A model generated the notes under the pieces. It was not told the origin of the DNA. It was given only the letters and a program-made list of their open reading frames with translations, and did no database searches. Made by a program: the position numbers and the translations under genes. A DNA stretch of 64,000 bases from Octopus vulgaris (taxonomy: Eukaryota). Positions 1 through 12,256 of this stretch are shown one piece after another (positions within the stretch are counted from its first letter, which is position 1; each line of letters starts with the position of its first letter). The stretch lies in contig OX597838.1 in assembly GCA_951406725.2 (NCBI GenBank), positions 6,200,001-6,264,000 on the forward strand, written 5' to 3'.

Positions 1-879
1 ATACTACGCAAGGGTATATGTGAGTGCGTATCCTACCTCTCACCCACCCCCCACACACACACAAGCAGACACTGTAAAATGAAGATCATCTCCATTTTAA
101 ATAGTTATAACATTTGTGCGTTTCACCCTTGGAGGTATTTCGAACTCAGCGTCGGTTTCCCCGAGTGCATTTGGATACCTCCCCGCAATGCATCATAGAG
201 GCCACACGCTTATTGCATTCTCTTAAGCAAATGTAATATCTCCCTTATGTAGAGTCATCATTGTCCCACTCCTGTGCCTGATGCGAGTATCAATAAAACT
301 CAGCCTCATCTGCAGGAAGGGCTTTTCCACTGACGTCATGAGGAGATCCACAAGGCCATACCTGACACCATCTGCAAAAATCCTTTCTCTATGCCTGCTA
401 TCATTTCTAAAAGTGTCGATACCAACTAATGTCCCATGGAGTGTTCACGTTTACTCAGTTTTGGCGAGTTACGATGCTCCTCTTCGATACAATCTAACAT
501 TTAGTCCAATTGCTTAGCGGGACTGCGGTGAGGTAACGGAAATGACACTGGATTATACAGTGAATCTAGCTGCGCAGTTATTGTTTGTCAAGTAGTGGTC
601 CAGTTGAAGTGGTAGAACAAGCTTGTCTGGAATAATCGAAACCTGCCAAACATCTGAGAGGCTAGAGATGGCAGCCCAAGTTAGATGGGTATGGAGATGG
701 CGCAGGTTGTTTCGATGTTCCTTTGTATTAAGACAAGTTAGAAGATAGGTTTGATATGATAAAACCTGGTGGGGACATCTGCAAGAGGTTTGTTATTTGC
801 AAAAAGATAGGAACCCTACCATGTATTCCAAGATGCATCACAGACTATACCTAAATTTCTAAAACCAACAATATATATA

Positions 880-1365
880 TGTGTATATATGTATGTTTGT
901 GTGTGTGCGATTGCGTTTGTGATTTTGTGTGTGATTGTGTGTGTGATGGAGTGTGTGATTGAGTGTGTGTGTGATTGCGTGTATGTGTGACTGTGTGGGT
1001 GTGTGATTGGGTGGGTGTGTGATTGGGTGTATGTGATTGTGTGTGTGTGTGATTGAGTGTATGTGTGATTGAGTATGTGTGTGCTTGTGTGTGATTGAGT
1101 GTGTCTGATTGAGTGTGTGTGATTGTGTGTTTGTGATTGTGTGTATGTGTGATTGTGTGTGATTGAGTGTGAGTGTGAGTGTGATTGAGTGTGTGTGTGA
1201 TTGTGTGTGTGTGTGATTGAGTGTATGTGTGATTGTGTGTGTGATTGGGTGTATGTGATTGTGTGTGTGTGTATGATTGTGTGTGTGATTAAGTGTATGT
1301 GCGATTGAGTGTGTGATTGTGATTAAGTGTGTGTGTGATTATGTGTGTGTGTGATTGTATGTGTG
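880..1365. repeat. Degenerate (TG)n minisatellite with periodic GATT/GATTGA interruptions
   Basis: Dozens of GTGTGATTGTGT / GTGATTGAGT units are directly visible. Confidence 0.9.
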
Positions 1366-1645
1366 CATGTGTTTATATCTGTGTTTGTAAATTTGCATGT
1401 GTGCGTGTAGGAGAAATATGAGATATTAATAACAACGAAAAAAGTGAAATAGTTGGAGAGGGGAAGAAAAGTGAAATGACCTGTGAGAAGCATAAATTTT
1501 GCGTTTGAAAGGTAAACGATAGTTATATATACGCTCATACAAAGACGCGTGTTTTTTTTTTTTTATCAGAGATACAGAAATATGCATGTATTCAGTGTAA
1601 AAACGTACAATATTCAGCCTTTTTAATTATGATTTCATCTTTTCC

Positions 1646-2045
1646 TAGTTTCACTCATCGGAGCGTAGCCATGCTGGAGCACCGCCTGTCACCAGCCTGA
1701 ATAATTTTTAGACAAATTAATCGACTCCAGTGCTTCCTTTTTCTTTTATTTTCTTTTAACCTGGTAGTTAATCTATCAACCCTTTTGCCGAACTGCTGGG
1801 TTACGGGGGTGTAAATACATCAACACCGGTTATCAAGTAGTGGTGGGGGCCAAACAGACACCCAAACACACACACACACACAACGTGTATGTTTACGACG
1901 GGTTTCTTTCTAAATCCGCTTACTAAAGCCACTTACAAGGATTTTGTCAACTGGAGGCTGCAGACCAGCGTGGCATGCAGCGGGACTGAACTCGGAACCA
2001 TTTGGTTAGGAAGCAAACTTTTTACCACACGACCACTCCTGCAGC
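1646..2045 (-). mobile_element. SINE family A (tRNA-derived, CORE-type, octopus OR-like), diverged copy
   Basis: Reverse complement matches the 2475-2906 copy: GCCATGCTGGAGCACCGCC tail, GGGACTGAACTCGGAACCA B-box region, TTACCACAC head. Confidence 0.8.
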
Positions 2046-2474
2046 TATATTATATTAATTTTTGTTTCAATTTTAGGTTAAAACCTGAAACGTCGTGCTG
2101 GAATGGAAACCGTAGTAGTTGACGTGTACATTATTCTATCGATCTCGAAATGTGTATAAAAAAAGCACACTGACCTCGAAGAGATTTGAACATAGAATGC
2201 AAAAAAAAAAAAAAAATCAGCAGAACAAATCTATCAAGTAATCTAGCGCTCTAATGATTGTGCCAGATGGTTGCTTCTGTTTATCGTAATTATATTTGTT
2301 GTTAACAAACATCAGGTCACAACTTTTGGGTTTGTGTGATAGTCGAGTATATTGAATGCGGTAGTTAGATGAGTATTTATTTTGTCAGCTTTTGGAAGCC
2401 CACCCACGGCGAATGGCTGAACCTCCAGTCTTTTAGTGTGATGAACTAACGTTTATGACATTTTAACGTATTCC

Positions 2475-2650
2475 AGGCGCAAGAGTGGCTGTGGTAAGTA
2501 GCTTGCTAACCAACCACATGGTCCCGGGTTCAGTCCCACTGCGTGGCATCTTGGGCAAGTGTCTTCTGCTATAGCCCCGGGCCGACCAATGCCTTGTGAG
2601 TGGATTTGGTAGACGGAAACTGAAAGAAGCCTGTCGTATATATATGTATA

Positions 2651-2697
<47 letters not shown>

Positions 2698-2906
2698 ATG
2701 TGTGTGTTTGTGTTTGTCCCCCTAGCATTGCTTGACAACCAATACTGGTGTGTTTACGTCCCCGTCATCTACCGGTCCGGCACAAGGGACCGATAGAATA
2801 AGTACTGGGCTTACAAAGAATAAGTCCCGGGGTCGATTTGCTCGACTAAAGGTGGTGCTCCAGCATGGCCGCAGTCAAATGACTGAAACAAGTAAAAGAG
2901 TAAAAG
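2475..2906 (+). mobile_element. SINE family A, near full length, with internal (TA)/(TG) microsatellite
   Basis: A-box-like GTGGCTGTGGTAAG, B-box-like GGGTTCAGTCCC, CORE-like CTTGGGCAAGTGTCTTCT, tail CAGCATGGCCGCAGTCAAATGACTGAAACAAGTAAAAGAG. Nearly identical to 51193-51622. Confidence 0.92.
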
Positions 2907-3322
2907 AGAGAGAGAGAGAGAGAGAGAGACTTTGTCCAAAGGGAACGTAGCTGATGACACCAGCCGCAGTGATATTTTATTTTATCAATTCCCGAAGCAG
3001 GTGTATAAATTAGCCGCCGTAGATTTTGAACTCAAAACGTAAAGGTGCTGCATTAACCAAGCGGCTGCAGCAAGAAATAAGAATCAGCTTCATGTTGCTT
3101 CACAAAATGTGTTTTCTTCTTAACATCTATAGTAGGAATAACAATAAATAACATTATCAAGAACAGCGGTGTTCCAATGCGTGTAGCTACCCGATTCCTT
3201 TCAGCGACTGATGTTTTATAAGACCCGCTTCAGCATCTTTTGGAAAAAATAAATAAAAAGATTGTTTTAAGTAGACTGTAGAAAATGTGGTGCTATGATT
3301 TATTATCAATGTTTTCTTACAT

Positions 3323-3780
3323 AAGGTAGTGTGCTTGGTAAAATCAGTAACACGCCAGGCAGAATGTGTTACCCGTGTTCCGTCCGCCTTAAATTCTTGA
3401 CTTCAATTTCTGCCGAGGTCGACCTCGCATTTCTTCCCTTTCGGGGTCGAGAAAATATGCCTCAGTTGACCACTGGGGTCGATGTAATTCATTAACCCCA
3501 CTCTTCACAAATTTCTGTTCTGACCTTGTATCAATATTTGCAACCGATATTTTCGTATATGGCTAAGGGTCATTAGCAAGTAGGAAAAAGGCTTGGCGGA
3601 TTATTTTTCTTTTCCCCGACAATTTAGGTTGAGTTCGAATCTCGCCAAGGTTGGCTCTGTCTATTACTCTTTCGGAGGTCTATAAAGTACTACCATTATA
3701 GCTCAGGTGGCGATATAATAGACTATACCCGTCCCACAATATTTCAGAGCTTCTCACTATTGTAGGAAGACTTATTTCTT
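3323..3780 (+). mobile_element. Two diverged SINE family B copies
   Basis: GCCGAGGTCGACCTCGCATTTCTTCCCTTTCGGGGTCGA...CACTGGGGTCGAT body near 3412-3483 and a more decayed copy near 3630-3780. Confidence 0.7.
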
Positions 3781-3799
3781 GTATGTTGAGACATTGAAT

Positions 3800-4238
3800 A
3801 TTTCTCTACTCTAGACACAAGGCCTGACATTTGGGGGGTGGGGGAGCAGGCCAGTCGATTAGATCGACCTCAGTACGTAACTGGTAATTAATTTTTCAAC
3901 CCTAAAAGGATGAAAGGCAAAGTCGACCTCGGCGGAATTTTAACTCAGACGAAATACCTATTTCGTTACTACCCACAAGGGGCTAAACACAGAGAGGACA
4001 AACAAGAACAGACATAGGTATTAAGTCGATTATATCGACCCCAGTGCTTAATTGGTACTTAATTTATCGACCCCGAAAGGATGAAAGGCAAAGTCGACCT
4101 CGCCTTTCATCCTTTCGGGGTCGATAAATTAAGTACCAGTTAAGCACTGGGGTCGATATAATCGACTTAATACCTATGCAAACGAAATACCGCTACGCAT
4201 TTCGCGCGGCGTGCTAACCATTCTGCCAACTCGCCGCA
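3800..4238 (-). mobile_element. SINE family B dimer (tRNA-derived head, Meta-domain-like body) containing a 166-bp palindrome
   Basis: Head revcomp GCGGCGAGTTGGCAGAATGGTTAGCACGCCG at 4208-4238, GAAAGGATGAAAGGCAAAGTCGACCTC bodies, two different tails. Confidence 0.88.
4013..4178. repeat. 166-bp near-perfect palindrome with 83-bp arms and no spacer
   Basis: CATAGGTATTAAGTCG...CGACTTAATACCTATG, centred on GTCGAC 4093-4098; I count 3 mismatched pairs. Confidence 0.95.
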
Positions 4239-4269
4239 TTCTGTTGAGGCATTGAAGCAACATGATCGA

Positions 4270-4445
4270 TAGCATGCTGGTAGAATGCTTCGCGATATTT
4301 GTTTCGACTCCTTAAGTTCAGAGTTCAACTTTCACCGAGGTCGTCTATGCCTTTCATCTTTACGGGGTAGATAATATATACACTACCAGTGAAGAACTGG
4401 GGCCGGTGTAGTCGATTTGCCACATCCCGTCGAAAATTTTAAAGA
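4270..4445 (+). mobile_element. SINE family B, decayed
   Basis: GAGTTCAACTTTCACCGAGGTCGTCTATGCCTTTCATCTTTACGGGGT body. Confidence 0.7.
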
Positions 4446-4536
4446 ATATTTTCTTACATATATTTCCATCTACACAAACATATTTGCATGGATTTCCCTG
4501 TACTACTATATCGTATGATGAATTTTAATAACTACG

Positions 4537-4925
4537 AGGCAGGTGTGACTATGCGCTTCTCAACTACATGATTCTGGGTTGAGTCCCACTGCGTTGCGCT
4601 GTGGCCAAGCCTCTTCTGTTGTAGCCCTGTGAGTGGATTTGGTAGACGGAAACTGAAAGTACCCCGTGGTATATAGCTTTGTTAGTACTGAAAGTAGCCC
4701 GTGATATATATACCTTTGTTATTACTGAAGTACCCAGTCACATGTAGCTTTGCTAGTGTATTTCCGTCCCTGTAACACTATTGTGTCTGCCAAAGCAACC
4801 TATAGAATAAGTAGAGGGTTAAAATGAATATAAGGACTCAGGTTGGTGTGTTCGATTAAAATTCTTTAAGGTGATGCCCTAGAATGGCCGCAGTCCAATG
4901 ACTTAAATGAGAAAATAAAGATAAA
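4537..4925 (+). mobile_element. SINE family A, diverged
   Basis: GGGTTGAGTCCCACTGCG, GTGAGTGGATTTGGTAGACGGAAACTGAAAG, ATGGCCGCAGTCCAATGAC. Confidence 0.8.
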
Positions 4926-5509
4926 ACACGATTACAATTCCAACAAAATTATAGAAGGATTTAGATATATTATTTCCAAAAGAAATCGCTTACACCTCTA
5001 AACACCCAGCGCCGACGTAGTGTCCGCTTGGCACACACAGTCACCTGCTGAGACGCAATCCTACTAAGTGGTTTGCCGTAAAGTTATGTTCAAGAAGTAT
5101 CTGATTAAAGGCAATGAAGCGGAGCATCATAGTTACGGACTGGAATTATTTGGGTTGTGATTCAAGAATCTCCGGATTTTATTTGGATTTTCAAATACAA
5201 TTACAAACAAGAGAGAAAAAAACTCAGAATTAGAATTTAAGTTGAATATTTCATTACGTTGCCAAACCATATCCTTAGCCCGTCCCTCTCGTATTGTGCA
5301 CTGAGGCGATGATTCTGGGCTAGAGCGATTACGAGCGAGTCGCAGTAAACGTTTGGAAACCTTCTCAGTGTAATTCGCTCACGCACGCACCTATGCTCAG
5401 GCACACACACATACACACACACACACACACACGCATGCATACCTTAATTAACCATTTGAGTGAAGCTGAGCTCAAGGGACCATCCTGTAAAATATAGTCG
5501 GACATATCC

Positions 5510-5635
5510 ATCGCAGTACTTTTTGTAAGTTAGGTACATATTCTATCAAACCCTATTGCCGAAGCGCTAGGTTATGGGGACGGGAAGTGTTGATAGGGGA
5601 TAAAAACAAAAGACACTGACGTGTACGTGTCTGCT

Positions 5636-5710
<75 letters not shown>

Positions 5711-5777
5711 AGAGAGAGAGAGAGAGAAAGTGAGAGAGATATACAGTTATATATATATAGAGAGAGAGAAAAAGAGA

Positions 5778-5809
<32 letters not shown>

Positions 5810-5990
5810 TAGATTGATAGATACAAACATATGAACGAAGAGTTACCTTTCAGCTTCCGACTTCTATATAAAATGACAGTGTTTTGATCGGCCCGGGCTA
5901 GAGTAGAAACACTTGTTGAAGGTCGCGGTTGTGGGACTGAATCCAACACCACACGGTTGGGAAGCAAGCCTCTCCACCACATGGCAACGT
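5510..5990 (-). mobile_element. SINE family A, diverged, with expanded internal (TA)/(GA)/(GATA) microsatellite
   Basis: GTGGGACTGAATCC and GGCCCGGGCTAGAGTAGAAACACTTG on the head side, GCTAGGTTATGGGGACG on the tail side. Confidence 0.7.
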
Positions 5991-6199
5991 TCTCTCACAC
6001 ACACACACACACACACAGTCACACGCCCGTGCGCAACGCCCGCAGGAACAGAGAGAAGGAGAGTGAAGGGATGTGAGGAGAAGTGGACCAGTGTAATACA
6101 CTGGTATTTATTAATGGAATAATAAATTTGACTTCCGTGTGATTTGAACTCAGAACTAAGATATCGGGATAGCTACTGCCATGTAGCTATCGCCTACAC

Positions 6200-6439
6200 G
6201 ATTTGTGTGTGTGTGTGTGTATGTGTGTGTGAAGGCACCCGTACAGCTTCTCACATACACACGCGCGTGTGTGTGTGTGAGTATGTGTGAGTGTGTGCGC
6301 GTGTATGCATGTCTATCTATCTATCTATCTCTCTCTCTATATATATATACATATACTTACATGTTTGTAGTTATTGCGTAGGTTATGTAATAATTCTTTT
6401 ATATGCTTGTGAAAATGCGTGTTTGTCTGTGTGAATGTG

Positions 6440-6510
<71 letters not shown>

Positions 6511-6790
6511 GTGAATATGGGCCTGTATTATCGCATGTGAAACGGAGGGAGCGACTAAAACATGTAAAGAAAATACACACGAGTATAGTAAAGGAAATAC
6601 ACGGGGGTCGAAAAGAGATAAACAAAAATGGATATAGTAATATATATTTAGAGAGAGAGACAATGAGAGAGAGAAGAGAGAGAAAGAGAGAAAGACAGAG
6701 AAAGTGAGTGAGAGAGGGATACAGAGAGAAAGAGAGATAGAGAGAGAGAGGAAGAAAAATAAGTCAAAGTGAGTGTGTGAGGGAGAGTAT
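6200..6790. repeat. (TG)n, (TA)n and (GA)n microsatellite cluster
   Basis: Direct observation. Confidence 0.9.
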
Positions 6791-6904
6791 GAGCGAAGTT
6801 GTAAAACGTAGGAAAGACCGTGGTAAAGTCTGCTACTACTTTCAGTGATAAAATCATTGACTTTTTCGATAATGGTAACAATACGCTTGTTGTGAGCGGC
6901 ACAG

Positions 6905-7095
6905 CACCAACTACTACTACTACTACCACTAATACCACTACTACAACAACTTCTACTACTGATGATGATGATGATGGTGATGTTGGTGACGATGATATGA
7001 TGGTAGCACTACTACTAAATAATACTGTTATTGCTGCCGTTGTTCTTGGTTGTAGTAGTAGAAATAGTACAATTTAACGAAACAGCAGCAGCAGC

Positions 7096-7167
<72 letters not shown>

Positions 7168-8075
7168 GGTGGTGGTGATGTAAATGCCGTTTGTAGTCGA
7201 AATGTATTACAATGCACTGTACGGGGTGTGCGGCGAGAACGAACGTGGGATGCTGATTTTCAGGTGGAAGTCGAACTACTACTACTACTACTACTACTAC
7301 TGCTGCTGCTGCTACTGCTGCTGCTGCTGCTGCTTACACTACAACTACTAAACAGCAGCACCGCAAGTTATAGTGTCGGTGGTGTTAATTATTTTTTGAA
7401 GCGATGGCAGTGTCAATAGTCTTAGTGATAAATATCAGCTGGTAGTTTAGTGTTTGTTAGTAGTAGTAGTATTAGCATAATCTCCCGTAGTGGTTTGCTT
7501 TCGTCGTCATTGTGGTGGTGGTGGTGGTTGCAGTAGTAGTAATAGTGGTGGTGGTAGGTAGCAGTAGTTGCGGTGGTTGTAGTAGTAGTAGTAATAGTAG
7601 TGGTGGTGCTGGTGGTAAAAGTGCCGGTATTAGAAGTAGTAGTGGTGGTGGTGGTATTAGTAGTAGTGGTGGTAGTATTAGTAGTAGTTGTGGTGGTGGG
7701 GGTGGTGCTGGTGGTGGTAGTAGTAGTTGCTGTGGTAGTAGTAGTTGTAGTGGTGGTGATGCTGCTGGTGGTGGTGCCGGTATTAGAAGTAGTAGTGGTT
7801 GCTGTGGTAGTAGTAGTAGTGGTGGTGGTAGTATTAGTAGTAGTTGTGGCGGTGGTGGTAGTAGTATCAGTACTGATGGTGTTGGTGGTGGTGCTGCTGG
7901 TGCCGGTAGCAGTGGTAGTAGTTGCGGTGGTAGAAGTAATACTGGCGGTGGTGGTAGTGGTAGTAGTAGTAGTAGTAGTAGTGGCGGTAGTAGTAGTAGT
8001 AGTAGTTGTAGGTCGTCGTCGTGTTGGTCGTGGTGCGGTAGTAGTGGTGGTCGTGGAGGTTGTGATGTTTTTTGT
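6905..8075. repeat. Compound trinucleotide repeats (CTA/GAT/TAG/TGG/CTG)
   Basis: Pure (TAG)n near 7096-7157; mixed GGT/AGT/TGT tract 7510-8060 that produces the poly-Thr, poly-Val and Gly-Ser ORFs. Confidence 0.9.
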
Positions 8076-9149
8076 TGTCGGCGTTGATTGTTGAAGGTTA
8101 GTTTCGAGCACAGTCCCGATCAAAACGCACAAAGATCTATGACGTTCAAGTCGTGACCATCACGTCTCATTTTTTTTAAAATTCTGTCTAGCCCTTAGTG
8201 CATAGAGAACTGCAGCATTATTTCAACGTCTCCTTCATTTTTTAAGACTGTACGATGTAGTAGAAGGAACATTTGACTGTTTTGTCTAGCTGACCCATTA
8301 AGTTATATTCGGATAAGAGCTGTTTGCGGAGGCAGTGGTTGTTTCATTTGTGTGTGAGTAGGTGGGCGATAGTATTGATGATGGTTGCGGTGAAAGTGAT
8401 ACTGATGGTGGCAGAGACAACGGTAGCGACGATGATCACTAAATTCATGATAGCGACGACTATAGAGTGCAACAATGGGGACGAAGTTGGCGACAACGAC
8501 GACAATGTGGTGGTGACGACGGTACTACGGTGGCGGCGGTGGCGACTACAACGGTGATACAGTGGAGCCGGTGGCGGCACCGGCGCTGACGATAAGGATG
8601 ACGATGAAGGCGGTCATGACAACATTGAACACTGGATCGGTTCTAGCCTTGTTTGATCAATTTTGGGGCCGCTGTGTTGATATCATTTAAATAAAACGAA
8701 AATTTGATGTGGCAAGAGTTATGCCGGTTGCCTTATTTGATATTGTTATATGTAATATTACGGAAACCTACTTCGGCACTCTCTCTCTCTCTAAATTGCT
8801 ACCGGCTATGTTTCATTGTTACTTTAATGTTCTGAAATTTAAATCCTAGAGGGTTAGGTCAAACATCACCGTTACTCTTTCCGGGAATGAAACACTTATG
8901 GCGCTGTCAAGTATCCGCAATCAGAAATTCGCCTGCGAAACTTGTGAAATTGTTTGTTGCAAAGTTAAAATTCATTATTTTGGTTAGTAGAATCGGGAGA
9001 TTTGCCAGAGGACAGATCTTTAGATATATTTGTAAGTTAGCTATTCCCAAACCACTCTATCTCGACCCATTTGAGAAAATTTATAAAGAAGCAAAATCCT
9101 CTACGGCGGTTTTTTTCTTGTTGTTTTCCATATATACGTATATTTGTGT

Positions 9150-9198
9150 GTGCGTGTACAGTTATATATATATATATGTGTGTGTGTGTGTGGGTCTG

Positions 9199-9244
<46 letters not shown>

Positions 9245-9329
9245 TGTGTATATATATATATATATATGTAGGTGTATATATATATATATATATATATATG
9301 TGTATATGTGTATATATATGCATATGTAT

Positions 9330-9370
<41 letters not shown>

Positions 9371-9442
9371 TGTATATGTGTATATATATGCATATGTATA
9401 TATATATATACATATATGTATATGTGTATATATATGCATATG

Positions 9443-9475
<33 letters not shown>

Positions 9476-9543
9476 ATAAATATATATATATGCATATATA
9501 TATATATGCGTGTGTATAATATATATATATATATATATATATT
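9150..9543. repeat. Compound (TA)/(TG) microsatellite
   Basis: Direct observation. Confidence 0.95.
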
Positions 9544-9859
9544 CCTTTTTAATACTTAAATAAAAATCATTTTCCCCAAAAATTAATACATTAACATTTG
9601 ATATTTTTCTCGGAGGTATGTTTTTCCTTCGGTTCTTCTTTGCTGTAAATGTTGCCATGTTGACATTTATGCCCACGGCTTATTCTATAGCAATTTCGCA
9701 GACATTTTACGTTTTATCAAATATTTCGAATCAGAAAATATTTTATTCTGCTACCTATTTGCAAACTATGTGCTACAATTGTATTTGTATCGCAGCACTT
9801 TTGTGACATAATTATAATTAATTAATATATATATATAAATCCATGTTGGTGTTTTTTGT

Positions 9860-10143
9860 GGTTTGGGCATTAGACTAACGATCCATGAGTGAGATTCTCT
9901 CGGCGGCGCGTTGTGTCCTTGATTAAGACATTTTATTTCACCTTTTCAAATCCATGCAGCTGGCACAAAATGAGTTGCACCTATATTTCAAAGAGCAGCC
10001 CTATCACATTGGATCTCCCTGGGAACTTAGTCAGGGGTACTTGTGTCTGTGGAGTGCTCAGCCTCTCGCTCGTTAATTTCGCGAGCAAGCTTTTGCTTTG
10101 ACCAGATCAACTGGTACACTCGTTGTGGTAACCGACGGAGCAC
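9860..10143 (+). mobile_element. Old tRNA-SINE with family-D (CORE) head and C1-type tail
   Basis: GTGTCCTTGATTAAGACATTTTATTTCAC matches the D head at 25353-25690; GTCTGTGGAGTGCTCAGCC...GTAACCGACGGAGCAC matches the C1 tail. Confidence 0.75.
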
Positions 10144-10348
10144 CTGCACCTATAAGGTCTTCAGCCTTCAAGGACGAAAAGCTGTAGATTGCCAAAATTG
10201 TTAGGACAGAAAACGGAATGCATTTTCGTATCGTCATCATATTTCACATCCCACGTTCAAATCCTGCAGGAATTGGCATTGCATTCATAAATTCTAATAA
10301 TGAGAAAGTAAACCCTCCATTAAGTTTCAGGCTCAATTTTATCATATA

Positions 10349-10580
10349 CAGTGAACCTTCAATTAACACGGGGTTTACGTTCCAGAACACCGTGATGGGT
10401 AACAATCCATGAAGCAGAAACGGTACATTACATAATATTTATTTCTATTTCTATAATTTGTGTATATATATTTGATAATAAAAGCAAAGCAACACCACGG
10501 AAGAATCGACGTAAGCTTAAATAATAAACTGCGAGAGATGAACCATTAAAGGTGAACCGCGATATCGCGAGGGATTACTG
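10349..10580. mobile_element. pogo/Tigger-like MITE
   Basis: Left end TA|CAGTGAACCTTCAATTAACACGGGG, right end CCGCGATATCGCGAGGGATTACTG; imperfect CAGT-type TIRs. Confidence 0.65.
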
Positions 10581-11899
10581 CATACCATCCCCGTTAACAT
10601 GTTAACAATAACAATTTTACTAACATTATATGATTTGATAAATATTTCTAAACCAATTATATTATTCTTACGCCACTTTGAAAAATATATGCCGCGATCC
10701 TGTTTGTCTCTAGTACATTTTGTGTCGTAATTATAAATAATTTATAAGTATATATAGCAAAGACTGTATATATGTAACGTAGCATTTTGTAACAACCAAT
10801 AATTAATGCAACCAAACTTTTACATGTTACATTTGACAATCTTTTTCCAAAGAGTGAAACCGGTAAAGTAAATAAACATCTTTTAAAATTGCATTTTCAA
10901 ACCTTATTTCGTATATAATTCAGCTATCCACATATATATATGCACATACAACATTCAGTTTCGATATATGAATAACATTTTTAAAAAACAGTCGAGAGAG
11001 TAGTTTAATTAAATACATCTTTACGTAAACAAAATTGTTTATGAAATCTTCGTTAAATTTCCAAACGATTTATCAAATAAAAATGAATATGTTTCGATTA
11101 GTGAAATACACAACAATGTTAGCTAAACTCAGAATTACCAGCACCGTTGGAAGCATACTCTGTTGATTGAGAACGTTCCTGGGTGCCTTCCTTATGATAT
11201 TGTATATAATTGAACAAGGGTAAACCACAAAAATATATTTTATCGATTGTGTACGAAACTTCGTTAGATTTAATGAGAATATCTATGCGAAGGATATTTA
11301 TAATACGACACGATCTATTCGCCGGCCGAATAAACGGTGTTAGACTTAAGTATACCTAAAATTGCATTGACTGCGTTGTATGTGGATATATATATATATA
11401 TCCATGTTTCTATAGGATTTTAAACTTAAAACACGAACGGCGGTGGATCTCAAAATCGTTTGAGTAGAAGACAAAATGAAGATTCGTATTTACTGATGAT
11501 CCTTTATATACTGCATTCAAACACTGGTTTCAACCAGTATTTTTTTTTTAAATGTCCATCAGTGTTGGATTAAAAACATCCTTCAATTACAATGTAATCG
11601 TATACTCTATCCTTATGGATTTGTCTCCTAGATATATGTAACGAAAAAATATTATGAAGTATGCACGTAGCTTTTGCTTTACCCCTCTGCCAGCCAATGA
11701 CATCAGACACCAAATCTTCATGCCCTCGTCCGTGAGAGGATCCATTCCATAAAAACCGCAACTCAATAACGAAATCAAAGAGAGGTTATCTTCATTACAC
11801 AGGAAAATAACTGGAGATGATGATAGAAAGAGAATCCAACAAAATCTGGAAAAGTCGTACGTGAAAGAATTTGAAATGAAGACACGCCGGATTAAGAAG

Positions 11900-12035
11900 T
11901 TTCTGTCTACCAAATCCACTCAAGGCCTTGGTTGGCCAGAGGCTATAGAAAACACAAGTCCAAGGTGCCACGCAGTAGGACTGAACCCGGAACCTTGTAG
12001 TTGGTAAGCAGGCCACTTACCTCGCATCCACTCCT
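11900..12035 (-). mobile_element. SINE family A head fragment
   Basis: GTCTACCAAATCCACTCAAGG...CCAAGGTGCCACGCAGTAGGACTGAACCCGGAACC. Confidence 0.8.
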
Positions 12036-12256
12036 ATACACACACACACACACACACTCACATACATATATATATATTCAAACACAGGAATTACAAATGT
12101 CATTATATGCGGCCAGGTTGTTAGGAAACACCTACGTTGCTAGAAATAAGAGCTAAACCGCTCTTATGCTGAAGATAGTATATATGCCTTCATTCAAGTG
12201 CACTAACAAGTACCATAATCGTCCGAAAAGTGATGATCGAAAATTCTTGATACTGG

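Noticed and set aside
200-860. Possible BEL/Pao RT remnant (minus strand IAGIEKGFLQM, like ADIEKAFLQ)
   Set aside because: Only one short motif, no flanking motifs, and several stops; it needs a profile search before being called.
8887-9676. Long ORFs of YI/VC/HT repeats, also at 25.9-26.6, 38.9-39.9, 41.0-41.8 and 58.2-59.0 kb
   Set aside because: These are translations of (TA)/(TG)/(CA) microsatellites, which lack stop codons.
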